Below the pieces are notes generated by a model. The model saw only the letters and a program-made list of their open reading frames with translations, searched no databases and was not told where the DNA came from. From an uncultured Planctomycetota bacterium (GTDB taxonomy: Bacteria; Planctomycetota; Planctomycetia; Isosphaerales; Isosphaeraceae), in the NCBI GenBank assembly GCA_963823665.1, contig CAWGMQ010000004.1, forward strand, positions 128,001-192,000: a DNA stretch of 64,000 bases. The letters run 5' to 3'. This document shows positions 39,325 through 49,318 of the stretch, one piece after another. A program made the position numbers and the translations under genes. How positions within the stretch are numbered: the first letter of the stretch is position 1; each line of letters starts with the position of its first letter.

Positions 39325-42195
39325 GTGATCAAATTGATCAGGCTTTGCCGGCGCTCCTTGTTGCCCGAAGGCTCTGAGACGGCGGCCGCCGGCACGCACC
39401 TCCCCTTACCCCCCCTTCGCAAGGGGGGGAATCAGAGCGAGACTCTTCTCCTCGACGCTAGCGAACCTCGGCGGGAGCCTCGCACTCCCAGGATTGCGCG
39501 CGGTGCGTTCGCCGTTCTACTGACCGCCACGACGACGGTGGGGTTCGCGCTGGCTCAGCAGGCTTCCATCATCGGCAAGCTCCAGGGACACACGAGCCCG
39601 GTGTACTCGGTTGCCTGGAGCCCCGACGGGAAGAGCATCGCCACGGCAGCGTTCGATAACACGGTGCGGCTCTGGGATGTCGCGGGCCGGAAGGAAATCA
39701 AGAAGTTCGAAGGACACACAAAGCTCGTGCTTTCCGTCGCGATCTCGCCGAATGGCAAGCAAATTCTCTCGGGAAGCCAGGACAATACCGCCAAGATCTG
39801 GGATTGGCCGGTCTTGAGCCCGAGCAAGACAATGGGAGGACACCCGGGACCGGTGCAGGCCCTCGCCGTCAAGCCGGACGGCAAACTGGTCGCGGCGGCT
39901 TCGGGGAAATCGATCAAAGTGTGGGACCTCGCGACCGGTCAAACGATCAAGGAACTTCAGGGCCACGCCGGGGACGTTGCCTCCGCTGCCTGGCGCGGTG
40001 ACGGCGCGGGCCTGGCGACGGGGGACAAGGCCAATTCCATTCGCCTCTGGAAAGCAGATTTGAGCCCGGACGCCGCCATCGAAGCACCCAGTGAGGCCAT
40101 CCTCGCGCTGGCGTATCTGCCAAACAACCAGCAGATTGTCTCGGCGGGTTCGGACGGGCTGGCGCGATTGTGGCAGCTCGGGATGCCAGCACAGCGAACG
40201 ATCGACGTAAAAGAGAATGCGAGCGCCCTTGCACTCTCACGCGACGGTTCGAAGCTCGCGACCGGCGGAGGCGATAAGCTCGTCAGGATCTGGAACCCGG
40301 CCGATGGCAAGTCGATCAGGGAGATCGCCACCGATGCGCCAGTTGTCGCAGTCGCATTCCAGCAAGACGGGGCGAAGCTCGCCGTGGCCCTTACCAACAA
40401 GACCGTGCGAATTTTCCAGACCTCCGACGGCAAGGAAGTGAAGAAAATCGAGCTGCCGTCACCCATATCCGCCATAGCCTTTCGTGGGGACGGCGGGCAG
40501 CTTGCAGTTGCGGGCGAGGACAATACGATCCGACTGGTCAACGCCGCCGATGCGAAGATCGTCAAGGAGCTCAAGGGCCACCAAGGAAAGATCGCGGCAC
40601 TGGCTTTTTCGCCCAAAGACGGCAATTTGCTGTTCTCGGCTTCGGCGGACAAGACGGCGAAGCTCTGGGATGTCAATCAGGGAAAGAGCATCCGCGACTT
40701 CGGCGGCCATGCGGATGCCGTAGTCTCCTTGAACGTGAGTCGAGACGGGGCCAAGCTTGTCACTGGGTCGAACGACAAGACGGCGCGGGTCTGGAACGTC
40801 GCCGACGGAAAGGTCCTGGCGACGCTCGCCGGTTGCGCTGGGCCTGTTTCCTCGGTGTTCTTGTCGGACGACAACAACCGGGTCGCCACCGGCTCGGTTG
40901 ACCACTCGGTGCGCTTCTGGGAAGCGGCGAGCGGGCGAGAGCTCGAGCGGATGACCGGGCACAAGGCGGTGATCGCCGGGGTCGCGGTGCTGGGCGACAA
41001 CAAGACGGTTGTCTCGGCAGGCGCTGACAAGTCCGTGCGACTGTGGAACCCGGCCGCCGTACGCGTTTTTGCCGGTGGAGAGGGTGCGATCTTCAGCGTA
41101 GCCATGCATCCGGGTGGGGGACAACTCTATACGGCCTCGGCGGACAAATCGATCAAGGTCTTCGACGTGAACAGTGGGAACCTCGTCCGAACTCTCGCCG
41201 GGCACACGGGGGCCGTCAAGGCGATCGCGCTCTCCAAAGATGGAAGCAAGGTCGTCTCGGGGTCTGATGACAAGTCGTTTCGCGTCTGGAACGGGGCGGA
41301 CGGCAAACCGCTGCTGGCGATTCCCAACCTTGCCGCGGGCGTGGACTCGGTCGCCGCGGCGGCCAACAACACGATGGCGGCGGCTGGACTGGCGAGCGGC
41401 GTGGTGAAGGTTTTCAACATCGCGATCACCGATTCCGAGAAGGCCGAGCTGGCAAGCTATCAAACGGCGAGCGCTCCCGTGGGTGCGCTCGCATTCACGC
41501 CCGACTCGGCATCGCTCCTCGCCGGCGCCGCGGACAAAAATGTGGCCCTGTGGGCGCTGCCGCCAGCCGCGCCCAAGACGCTTTCGGGCCACACCGGGCA
41601 GATCTACAGTGTGGCCTTCAGCCCGGACGGAAAGCTGGCGGCCACCGCCGCCGCGGATAAATCCGCGCGAATCTGGGACGTCGAGAAGGGGGGGCAAGTT
41701 CGATCGCTCGTCGTGCCGGAGAAGGTTGCGTACAGCGCAGCATTCAGTCCCAAGGGAGACTTGCTGGCAACGGGGGGCGACGACAAGGTGGTGCGGTACT
41801 GGAATGTCGCCGACGGCAAGGAACTCCGCAAGAGCGTTGGACACGGGGCGTCGGTCTACGCGGTTGCTTTTCATCCGGATGGAACGAAGCTGGCCTCAGG
41901 CTCGGTCGACAAGACGATCCGGATCTGGAGCGTTGCCGATGGCAAGGAGCTGCACAAGCTGGACGGCCACCCCGACGACATATACGCAATCGCGTTCAGC
42001 CCCGACGGCAGGCGGCTAGCGTCGGTGGGATACGGCGGGAACATCTTTGTGTGGGATGTGGCGGGCGCGAAGCCGCTATTCCACCAGCACGTTGCCCCTT
42101 ACACGATGACCTACGGGCTGGCGTGGAGCCCGGACAATTCGCAGCTCGCGGTGGCTGCTTCGGATAACAATGTTTATTTGCTCAAATTACCATGA
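39325..42195 (+). CDS. Exported WD40-repeat protein (multiple beta-propellers)
   Basis: About 20 GH...D.TVRLWD repeats; GAGGAG RBS before GTG 39325; hydrophobic signal ending FALA-QQ. Confidence 0.9.
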   Translation: MIKLIRLCRRSLLPEGSETAAAGTHLPLPPLRKGGNQSETLLLDASEPRREPRTPRIARGAFAVLLTATTTVGFALAQQASIIGKLQGHTSPVYSVAWSPDGKSIATAAFDNTVRLWDVAGRKEIKKFEGHTKLVLSVAISPNGKQILSGSQDNTAKIWDWPVLSPSKTMGGHPGPVQALAVKPDGKLVAAASGKSIKVWDLATGQTIKELQGHAGDVASAAWRGDGAGLATGDKANSIRLWKADLSPDAAIEAPSEAILALAYLPNNQQIVSAGSDGLARLWQLGMPAQRTIDVKENASALALSRDGSKLATGGGDKLVRIWNPADGKSIREIATDAPVVAVAFQQDGAKLAVALTNKTVRIFQTSDGKEVKKIELPSPISAIAFRGDGGQLAVAGEDNTIRLVNAADAKIVKELKGHQGKIAALAFSPKDGNLLFSASADKTAKLWDVNQGKSIRDFGGHADAVVSLNVSRDGAKLVTGSNDKTARVWNVADGKVLATLAGCAGPVSSVFLSDDNNRVATGSVDHSVRFWEAASGRELERMTGHKAVIAGVAVLGDNKTVVSAGADKSVRLWNPAAVRVFAGGEGAIFSVAMHPGGGQLYTASADKSIKVFDVNSGNLVRTLAGHTGAVKAIALSKDGSKVVSGSDDKSFRVWNGADGKPLLAIPNLAAGVDSVAAAANNTMAAAGLASGVVKVFNIAITDSEKAELASYQTASAPVGALAFTPDSASLLAGAADKNVALWALPPAAPKTLSGHTGQIYSVAFSPDGKLAATAAADKSARIWDVEKGGQVRSLVVPEKVAYSAAFSPKGDLLATGGDDKVVRYWNVADGKELRKSVGHGASVYAVAFHPDGTKLASGSVDKTIRIWSVADGKELHKLDGHPDDIYAIAFSPDGRRLASVGYGGNIFVWDVAGAKPLFHQHVAPYTMTYGLAWSPDNSQLAVAASDNNVYLLKLP
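39397..39432. repeat. REP-like palindrome inside the 5' end of the WD40 ORF (CCCCCCCTT-CGC-AAGGGGGGG)
   Basis: Perfect 9-bp stem at 39409-39429; similar copy at 33485-33520. Confidence 0.65.
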
Positions 42196-42283
42196 GCACG
42201 GGGGTGTATTCGCCTGGGAGGGACGGGTCGATCGGATCAAGGGGTGGGCACCGCTCCTTCCCCTGGCCCGACCTCTTAAAGTC

Positions 42284-42724
42284 TCACGGCGACGGCAGCT
42301 CTGACGTTCGCACCAATTCTCCTCGGGGCTGCAGAATTCCGACCAGGCCGTCGAAGCGCCAGCGGCCGTCTTCGTAGATGAACTGGTAAACCGGGCCGAC
42401 CCTATTTGACGTGCATATCAGCACATTATTTCCTTCCCGCCAGGCCTTGAAGTTCTTGTTCAAGTTTCGCGGGAGATTGACGATGCCTCCCTCCGGCGCA
42501 ACCCGGAGCGGGTGCGCCTTCAAATATCGCTCTGAGCAGAGCAGGGCAGCCGCCTCGCGTCGCTGGCTATCCGTCAAGTCCGGGCGGTTGGCGATCGTGA
42601 AGAGCTCGGCGCAGGTTCGTAGTGCACCGCGCGTCGGTGCCGTTGTGATGATCTCCAACGCGAGACCGCCGAGCAATAACGCGGCAATGGCGACTGCGAT
42701 CACGGCGATGCGGGTACTGGACAT
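42284..42724 (-). CDS. Hypothetical protein with N-terminal TM anchor
   Basis: Hydrophobic N-terminus; overlaps or abuts the GTPase operon. Confidence 0.7.
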   Translation of the reverse strand: MSSTRIAVIAVAIAALLLGGLALEIITTAPTRGALRTCAELFTIANRPDLTDSQRREAAALLCSERYLKAHPLRVAPEGGIVNLPRNLNKNFKAWREGNNVLICTSNRVGPVYQFIYEDGRWRFDGLVGILQPRGELVRTSELPSP

Positions 42725-42744
42725 CGACGGACTTTCCGATGCAA

Positions 42745-44139
42745 TCACTTCTTCAACCGTTTCTTCAAATCGTCTTTGAGCCGGTCAACGATGGAGTCGG
42801 CCTTGGCGTCTGCGAGGATCTGCTGGATGACCGTCTTGATGCCGCGGGGGCCCCACTGGCAGCCCTGTCTCAGGTAAGTCTTGGCGCCGTGGCCGAGGAC
42901 GTACGAAGTGGAGGCGGCCACCGAGGCCTGGGCCAGACCGAACACGCCGTAGCCCAAAGCGGTCAAGGGAGCGGCGAGGCCGCCGCTCAAGACGGTGACT
43001 CCGGCCAGCGACGATTTGATGCCGCTGTAGATCAAGCGGCCGATGATTCCGGCGGCACCCATGGCACCCAGGGCGAGCATCATGTCGCGGACCAGGCTGG
43101 CGGCCGTGCGTCTGGTCAGCGGAATACCGTAAACGTTGGAGAGCGCGACGATCATTCCGACGTCGATGGCCAGGCCGCCGGCGATGTCGACCATTGGGAT
43201 GGGGTTCAAGGCGACGGCGGCTCCGGTGGCCATGGCGAAGTTCCAGATGAGGCGGTTGGCCGCGTCATCGCGGATCCTGACCTTTCGCTCGATGATTTCG
43301 CTATGCAAATCGCCTGCGATCAAGAGTGTGTTCAAGGCAACGAGGGCTTTGCCTTCACGCTCGAGCACGTCGAGTATCCGGGCTTTGAGCGGTTCGATCA
43401 GGGGGGCGGGGCGTTCCCACTGAATCTGGCTCGAGCCGTCGGGAAGCTGGAGCTTGACCTTGAAAGCATCGGGCCGGGCGGCCGTCATGACGATGTCGTC
43501 GGGGCGGATCAGGTCCTTGACACGTTCGTCCTTGATCTTCGAGTAGATCTGGTCGCGATCGACTTCCGGGTAGCGATCGATCTGGTTGAAGACGAGGATG
43601 ATTGGCTTCTGGGCTTCGCGGAGCTCGGTGAGGGCTTCAATCTCGCTGCGCTGCATGTCACCGGAGACGACAAAGAGGAGCAAGTCGCTATGCCGGGCGA
43701 CGTCGCGGGCCAGGGCTTCACGGACTTCGCCGCCGACCTCGTCGATTCCGGGCGTGTCAACCACGATGAGGCGGGCACCTTCCAGGCCGGGGCGGCCGGC
43801 GGCGTCATGCTGCCAGCGCTGGGCGGCGCGCTGGACGGTGGTGCCGTGAGTTGCGCCGACGGCGAAGACATCCTGGCCCATGAGCGCGTTCAAGACGGAC
43901 GACTTGCCGCGGCTGACCATGCCGAAGGCGGCGATCTCGATTGTGGACTCCTCGAGCTTCTTACCCAGGTCGCGCAACTGGGCCAGCTCGCTCGAGAGCG
44001 CGGCCTCTTCCTCGGGCGTGAGCTTCAAGCTGGCGAGCGTCGCTTCGAGGCTCGCCTTGGCGCGTTCGACCGACTCGTCTTCGCCGGCGATGTGGGATTC
44101 GAGCTGGCCGAGGATTTCGCTCAACTCGGGGTCGGGCAT
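42745..44139 (-). CDS. Era/HSR1-like GTPase with C-terminal DUF697 (YcjF-like)
   Basis: G1 GMVSRGKSS, G3 DTPG, G4 variant NQID; ALNPIPMVD. Confidence 0.85.
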   Translation of the reverse strand: MPDPELSEILGQLESHIAGEDESVERAKASLEATLASLKLTPEEEAALSSELAQLRDLGKKLEESTIEIAAFGMVSRGKSSVLNALMGQDVFAVGATHGTTVQRAAQRWQHDAAGRPGLEGARLIVVDTPGIDEVGGEVREALARDVARHSDLLLFVVSGDMQRSEIEALTELREAQKPIILVFNQIDRYPEVDRDQIYSKIKDERVKDLIRPDDIVMTAARPDAFKVKLQLPDGSSQIQWERPAPLIEPLKARILDVLEREGKALVALNTLLIAGDLHSEIIERKVRIRDDAANRLIWNFAMATGAAVALNPIPMVDIAGGLAIDVGMIVALSNVYGIPLTRRTAASLVRDMMLALGAMGAAGIIGRLIYSGIKSSLAGVTVLSGGLAAPLTALGYGVFGLAQASVAASTSYVLGHGAKTYLRQGCQWGPRGIKTVIQQILADAKADSIVDRLKDDLKKRLKK

Positions 44140-44151
44140 TAGATAAGCCTC

Positions 44152-45495
44152 TTATTGACTGGCCGCGCGGAGCGTTTGTTCGCACCACTGGGCCACGCGC
44201 AAGAGAGCAAGATCCGCGGAACACTGCTGGATGAGCTGCAGGGCGACGGGCAGGCCGTCGCCGGCCAGACCAGTGGGCACGGAGACGGTCGGCTGATGCG
44301 TGTAGCTCCACGGAGAATTAAAGGCAGGATCGCCGGTCGTGCTCGGGTCTGGGGCCGTGCCAATCGTCGCGGGGGTGATCAAGGCGTAAAGATCATGCTC
44401 GAAGAGGCAAGCCACGACGGCCTTCTCGGCTTTCGCCATGCCAGACTCAGCGGAGAGATAATCCGGCGCGCCGAGGGCTGCACCCTCCTCGACCAGCTCT
44501 CGAATTCGCGGCGGGTAATCTTCGGGCGCCTCTTCAAGCCATTGCAGGTGAATATGAGCCGCCTCAGCCGCCATGACGCGCCGATGGTCGATCACGATCT
44601 GGTCGAAGTCCACCGGGTCATCGATCGGAACGATTTCTGCTCCCGCTGCCGCGAGCGCACGGGTCGCTTCATGGAACGCGCTGGCCACGACGGAGCTCGC
44701 TCGCCGGTCGAAGAAGCCACGCAACTGTCCGAGTCGAATTGGTCTGCCCAGGAATGTGGGTGGACCTTCCAGAAGTGTGAGCGACTTACCGAGTCCAACA
44801 AACATGAGCCGAAGGTCGTCGACCTCGCGAGCGATCGGGCCGACGTGATCCAGACTCGGCGCCAGGGGAAACACGCCTTTGGTAGAGACGAACGTTCGGG
44901 TCGGCTTCAAACCGGCGACGCCACAAAAGGAGGCAGGCCGGGTGATCGATCCGCCAGTCTGGCTGCCGACTGCACCGTAGCACATGCCACAAGCAACCGC
45001 CGCGGCCGAGCCGCTCGAGGAGCCGCCGGGTGTTCGGTCGAGATTCCAGGGGTTGCGCGTGACGGGAGGGTCGATCCAGGCGTATGGGGTCGTGACCGTC
45101 TTGCCCATGATCACCGCGCCGGATTCGCGGAGATTCGCCACGACATTGGCATCCGTTTCCGCGATACGATTCGCCCAGCGCTTCGACCCGCAGGCCGTCG
45201 GCAGTCCGGCGACGTCGATGATGTCTTTGATGCCGATTGGAATGCCATGCAGCGGCCCACGGTCGTTCCCGGCTCTGAGCTCGTCGTCGAGCGCGCGCGC
45301 CTGTTTCCTCGCATTATCGCGATCAAGAATCACCCAGGCGTGCACATTTGGCTCCCACTCTTCCACTTGCTCGAGGCAGCTCTCGAGGATATGGGCGCAC
45401 GAAGTTCGTCTATCGCGCAGGGCGCGGCCGGCGCCTGCGATCGTTTGATCGGCATTCGGAATGAGCCGGGGATAGTCGGATGGCGATTTCGACAT
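44152..45495 (-). CDS. Amidase-signature family enzyme
   Basis: GPLHGIPIGIKD, TPGGSSSGSAAAVA, GSQTGGSITRPASFCG. Confidence 0.92.
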   Translation of the reverse strand: MSKSPSDYPRLIPNADQTIAGAGRALRDRRTSCAHILESCLEQVEEWEPNVHAWVILDRDNARKQARALDDELRAGNDRGPLHGIPIGIKDIIDVAGLPTACGSKRWANRIAETDANVVANLRESGAVIMGKTVTTPYAWIDPPVTRNPWNLDRTPGGSSSGSAAAVACGMCYGAVGSQTGGSITRPASFCGVAGLKPTRTFVSTKGVFPLAPSLDHVGPIAREVDDLRLMFVGLGKSLTLLEGPPTFLGRPIRLGQLRGFFDRRASSVVASAFHEATRALAAAGAEIVPIDDPVDFDQIVIDHRRVMAAEAAHIHLQWLEEAPEDYPPRIRELVEEGAALGAPDYLSAESGMAKAEKAVVACLFEHDLYALITPATIGTAPDPSTTGDPAFNSPWSYTHQPTVSVPTGLAGDGLPVALQLIQQCSADLALLRVAQWCEQTLRAASQ

Positions 45496-45507
45496 GAAGC
45501 TCCTCAC

Positions 45508-47067
45508 CTAGGGTTTTCGTGCGGGCTGCTCGGAAGTTTTTCCGGCTGCTTGCAAGATCTTGGCCGAGACTCGTTGCACCGCCTGCTTGGCGAAATCCTG
45601 GAGGAATTCACCGCGGCTGGTCAGGTCGAACTGGCGGATGAGTGCGGCCTGCATGCCTCCGTCGCCCCAGGTCTGCCCCTGGCGGAAGTATTCGGAGAAC
45701 GCCTCGCCCGAAACGTGGGTCAGGTAGGCCATCGACACAGCCTGGACGGCTCCCGCGGCGGCGTAGCCGACCAGCGACGACTTGAAGATTCCCGCGACCA
45801 GGGAGGTCGCGGTCTCGACCAGGCCGAGCTTCAAGAGCATCTGGACCATCTGGCCGCCGACCATCCGGACGTGGGATGCGGAGAGCTGCACGCCGTAGAC
45901 ACCGGCGAGCTCCGAGATCATCTGAAGCTGGACGGCGCCATTGGCCACCAGCTCCAGCGCGGGGAACGGGTTGGCGAACACGGTTCCCGCGGTGATCCAC
46001 TGAAACTTCTCGACGACATTTTCCGCCCGTCGATCGCGTTCGACCGTGAGCTGCTCCTGGGCCTTCTTGGTGAGCAAGTGGGCTCGCAGCAGCAGATTGC
46101 CCGCGCGGAGCGACTCGCCTTCCTGCTCGATGATCCTGGCGATGCGGCTGCGCAGAGCTCTCAACTCGGGCGGCACATCATCGAGCTGCGTTTCGACCGT
46201 GCCGTCGGGCTTCTGTACACGGATGTTGAGCGGCCGAGGCGAGGCGGCGCCCGAAACGATGTCATCCGGCGGCACCAGCCCGCGGAGTCGCTCCTTGAGC
46301 TTCGCCAGGATCGCGGCGCTATCCGGCTCGCTGAACCGATCGGTCTTGTTGAAAAAGACGATCGACCGCTTTCCCTGGCGCACCAGGGCCGAGAGCGGCT
46401 CAAATTCGGTGCGGACGAGGTCGTGGTCGAGAACGAAGATCAGCAGGTCGGCGCGCGCGGCCAGGTCGCGAGCTTCCTGTTCGCGGGCCGAACCCGCTTC
46501 GCCGATCTCGGAGAGTCCCGGCGTATCGGTGAGGAACAGGCTGCCGTCGACTCCGTCCAAGGAGTACGTGTGATTCTCGGCCTTTCGGGTCGTGCCCATG
46601 ACGGCTTCGCTCTTGCCGGCCTCGCGGCCCAACAGCGCACTGGCGAGCGAGGTCTTGCCGGCGGATCCCGTGCCGAAGATGACGACCCGAAACTCGCGGC
46701 GATGGCGACCGGCTCGAATCTCGGAGAGCTCCTGGGCAAGTCCGGCGCGGGCCGACGGGTCTCCCACCTGGCGGATCACACCTTCGGCCTGGTCGGTCTG
46801 GACCGACGCGGCTTCGATCACGCCGGCGGGCGCCCGAGCGCCCTCCGTCGCGGCGTTCCTGGTAACCCAGAGCATCCGACCGACCCAGACCGTCGCGAGC
46901 GCGAGCAACACGATCAGCACGATCAAGAACGCAATGCCGAGGCCCCGCGATTGCCGCGAGAAGCGGTCGTGCAGCTCGACAAGCGAGCTGAGCAGCCAGC
47001 CGGAGGCGCCAAGCAGCACGACCAGGAACACCAGTCCGAGCAGCAGGTACGAGGGTCGCGTTCGCAT
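45508..47067 (-). CDS. Membrane-anchored Era/HSR1-like GTPase with DUF697 (YcjF-like)
   Basis: Two N-terminal TMs; GTGSAGKTS, DTPG, NKTD; FANPFPALE. Confidence 0.85.
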   Translation of the reverse strand: MRTRPSYLLLGLVFLVVLLGASGWLLSSLVELHDRFSRQSRGLGIAFLIVLIVLLALATVWVGRMLWVTRNAATEGARAPAGVIEAASVQTDQAEGVIRQVGDPSARAGLAQELSEIRAGRHRREFRVVIFGTGSAGKTSLASALLGREAGKSEAVMGTTRKAENHTYSLDGVDGSLFLTDTPGLSEIGEAGSAREQEARDLAARADLLIFVLDHDLVRTEFEPLSALVRQGKRSIVFFNKTDRFSEPDSAAILAKLKERLRGLVPPDDIVSGAASPRPLNIRVQKPDGTVETQLDDVPPELRALRSRIARIIEQEGESLRAGNLLLRAHLLTKKAQEQLTVERDRRAENVVEKFQWITAGTVFANPFPALELVANGAVQLQMISELAGVYGVQLSASHVRMVGGQMVQMLLKLGLVETATSLVAGIFKSSLVGYAAAGAVQAVSMAYLTHVSGEAFSEYFRQGQTWGDGGMQAALIRQFDLTSRGEFLQDFAKQAVQRVSAKILQAAGKTSEQPARKP

Positions 47068-47337
47068 GCGATTGGATCGAATTCGAGGCCCTGGCCTACG
47101 GCTCTAGTGGCTCGACGGACCATCGCGAAGATGGACCTGGAGTCGGTCAGGCGGCCGTGGGCTCTCCTGTCACAGTTCGATTGTGACAGGATTGTGTCCC
47201 GGTTGCACCAACAGATGGTGATCAGAATTCGAAAACAGGAGATGACGCGAGGTGGGACAAAACAAAAAGCAACCCGGACCGCTCTCGAGGGAGAGCGGCC
47301 CGAGCTGCGAGATCGATCGCCGAGCGCTTCGACGAGT

Positions 47338-48195
47338 TCAGCGGCGAATCCAGTTCAATCCGAGGTTGTTGAACAGACCACTCAGAAAGCCGCGACGCGG
47401 TGCCGAATTGGCGGGCACCGGTTGTGTTGGGGCTCCGTCGGCCGTGATCGTGGTGTTCTGGGCGGCCTGAGTACCGAATGCATCATCCGCACGCGCGACT
47501 GGCGGAACAGTGATATCGCCGACGGACAAAATCGGACCGTCGTCGTCGTCGCGCGGCGAACGGTTGGCCTGCGTGCCTTCGAGCCGAACGGGTTGCTCCG
47601 GCGCGGAGAGTTCCGGGCTGCCTTCGCCGGTGAGAGGGCTTGCCGGTTGGGCACGTCCGGTCCGAGGTGCAGCGGGCGCGGCTCCTGGATTACTGGCTGG
47701 GTTCGCGTCGGGTTGCTCGAAAGGGTCCGGCTGCCTCGGATTCTGGCGCGGCGCGGCGGGATTGGACGGCCGGTCGCCCCCGGGCGGGACGGGCGTGTCA
47801 AATGGCGAACGCTCGCGACCGGGAAGTGCCGGAATGTCTGGCTGGCCCAGAGGCTGTTCGCCTTCCGGCATTTCCTCGGTTTCACCCGAGGGCGCGGTGC
47901 CGCCTGCCCCGAGTTTCACATCTTTGAACGCCTTCTCGACGTTCGGCTTCTCAGGGCTCGGGCACCCCCAGCCCGACGGGAACGGCCGCCAGCAGGGCGG
48001 GTGGTATCCGAAGTACTTGTCCTTGTAGAGCTTGTAGACGGGATCTTCCTGATCGCACGGTACCCGCTGCCGTTTGATCGGTTTCAGGGGAAACAAGCCT
48101 GATTGTTGTGCTCGCGCGAGCTCCGGCATGCTCACGATCAACGTCAGCACGGCCAGAACCAGCCCGCATCCTCGGATCTTTGACTTCGTTCTCAT
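47338..48195 (-). CDS. Exported proline-rich hypothetical protein
   Basis: Signal peptide (ARA-QQ), small Cys/aromatic domain (YFGYHPPCWRPFPSGWGC), Pro-rich tail. Confidence 0.75.
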   Translation of the reverse strand: MRTKSKIRGCGLVLAVLTLIVSMPELARAQQSGLFPLKPIKRQRVPCDQEDPVYKLYKDKYFGYHPPCWRPFPSGWGCPSPEKPNVEKAFKDVKLGAGGTAPSGETEEMPEGEQPLGQPDIPALPGRERSPFDTPVPPGGDRPSNPAAPRQNPRQPDPFEQPDANPASNPGAAPAAPRTGRAQPASPLTGEGSPELSAPEQPVRLEGTQANRSPRDDDDGPILSVGDITVPPVARADDAFGTQAAQNTTITADGAPTQPVPANSAPRRGFLSGLFNNLGLNWIRR

Positions 48196-48483
48196 CCTCG
48201 CCTCGTCCTGTCGCGTTGACCTGGGTCGCCCCCGAGATGGCGGAGGCAGTCCCTCTCCTTAATCGATCCTGATTCGTTCGATCGGGTCACCCGCGTCTAG
48301 TGCTTCAGAGAAACTGGGAAAAACAGTAAAACTTCGGGTTTTACGTAATTAACGAATACAGGGTATTCGCGGAAGAGACGGTTTTTGAGTGTTTTCGGGC
48401 CGTTGGCGGAGTCGAAAGTATGAACCAAAGGCGCCGTTCGGCTTGGAAGCCGCCGGTGGAATGTGGAAAAGGAGCGAAGTTCG

Positions 48484-49083
48484 ATGACCGCGAGATCGAT
48501 TCGAACAAGTTGGCTCGGGTGGGCGTGTGTGGGCATGCTCGCGTTGAATGTGGAGGCCCGGGCACAGTCGGCCTCATCGGCAGCGCAATCGGCCCAGTCT
48601 GCCGCCAATTTCCAAAACATGACCATGGGGATGGGTTTCATGCCGATGCCGGGAATGTTCGGGTCTCCCACACTTAGCCCCACCGATGCTGCCGCACTCG
48701 GAATGCCTGGCCGCCCCGGCGGCGGCATGATGGGTATGGCTGGCACGACGATGAGCAACCCGTTCATGAACCCGATGGCGTCGCCACTCCTCTACGGCAG
48801 CATGTTTCCCATGACGCAACAGCAGGCGGGGGTAATGATGCTTGCGGGACAGGCACAGATCCTGGGAATAGGGTCCGGGCAATTGAGTGGCGTGCCGCCC
48901 GGCGCGGCCTCCGCTGGGGGGGTGCGAGCCCGCCAGAGGCAAACCGTCACTGGCGTGCGCGGCACGACCCGTCAGCCCGGCGGCCTGGCGGCCCGTTATT
49001 TCAATCGCACAGCGCAGAGGCCGCGCATCCCGCAAGGCTTCTACAACCGGCCGAATCAGCATTATCCGCAAGTTGCGAGATGA
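48484..49083 (+). CDS. Exported Met/Gly/Pro-rich hypothetical protein
   Basis: Signal peptide (ARA-QS), Met-rich low complexity, C-terminal ARYFNR/GFYNR motifs. Confidence 0.65.
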   Translation: MTARSIRTSWLGWACVGMLALNVEARAQSASSAAQSAQSAANFQNMTMGMGFMPMPGMFGSPTLSPTDAAALGMPGRPGGGMMGMAGTTMSNPFMNPMASPLLYGSMFPMTQQQAGVMMLAGQAQILGIGSGQLSGVPPGAASAGGVRARQRQTVTGVRGTTRQPGGLAARYFNRTAQRPRIPQGFYNRPNQHYPQVAR

Positions 49084-49318
49084 GAATATTCTGGGTGGTT
49101 TCGATTTGAGCGAACGGGTGATTGTGTCGATTGTATCTCTTGTCAAGACCGATCCGGCGCTTTTCGGATCGGCCGTTCCTGCGGAAGCGAGTTTGACGGT
49201 GAACAGCCTGCCTTCGCGATGGGTCAGGCGCCCGGGAATTGTCTCCGGGTGCATCGAATTGCTCAAGCCCAGTCGGCGGGTGTTCGGCCGATGTCAGAAT
49301 GCCGGGAGGAAGTGTTGT

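Noticed and set aside
44155..48102. 1315-aa plus-strand ORF, and similar long ORFs at 21087-23066, 9286-10890 and 49001-50905
   Set aside because: Antisense shadows of well-supported genes in high-GC DNA, with no recognisable motifs
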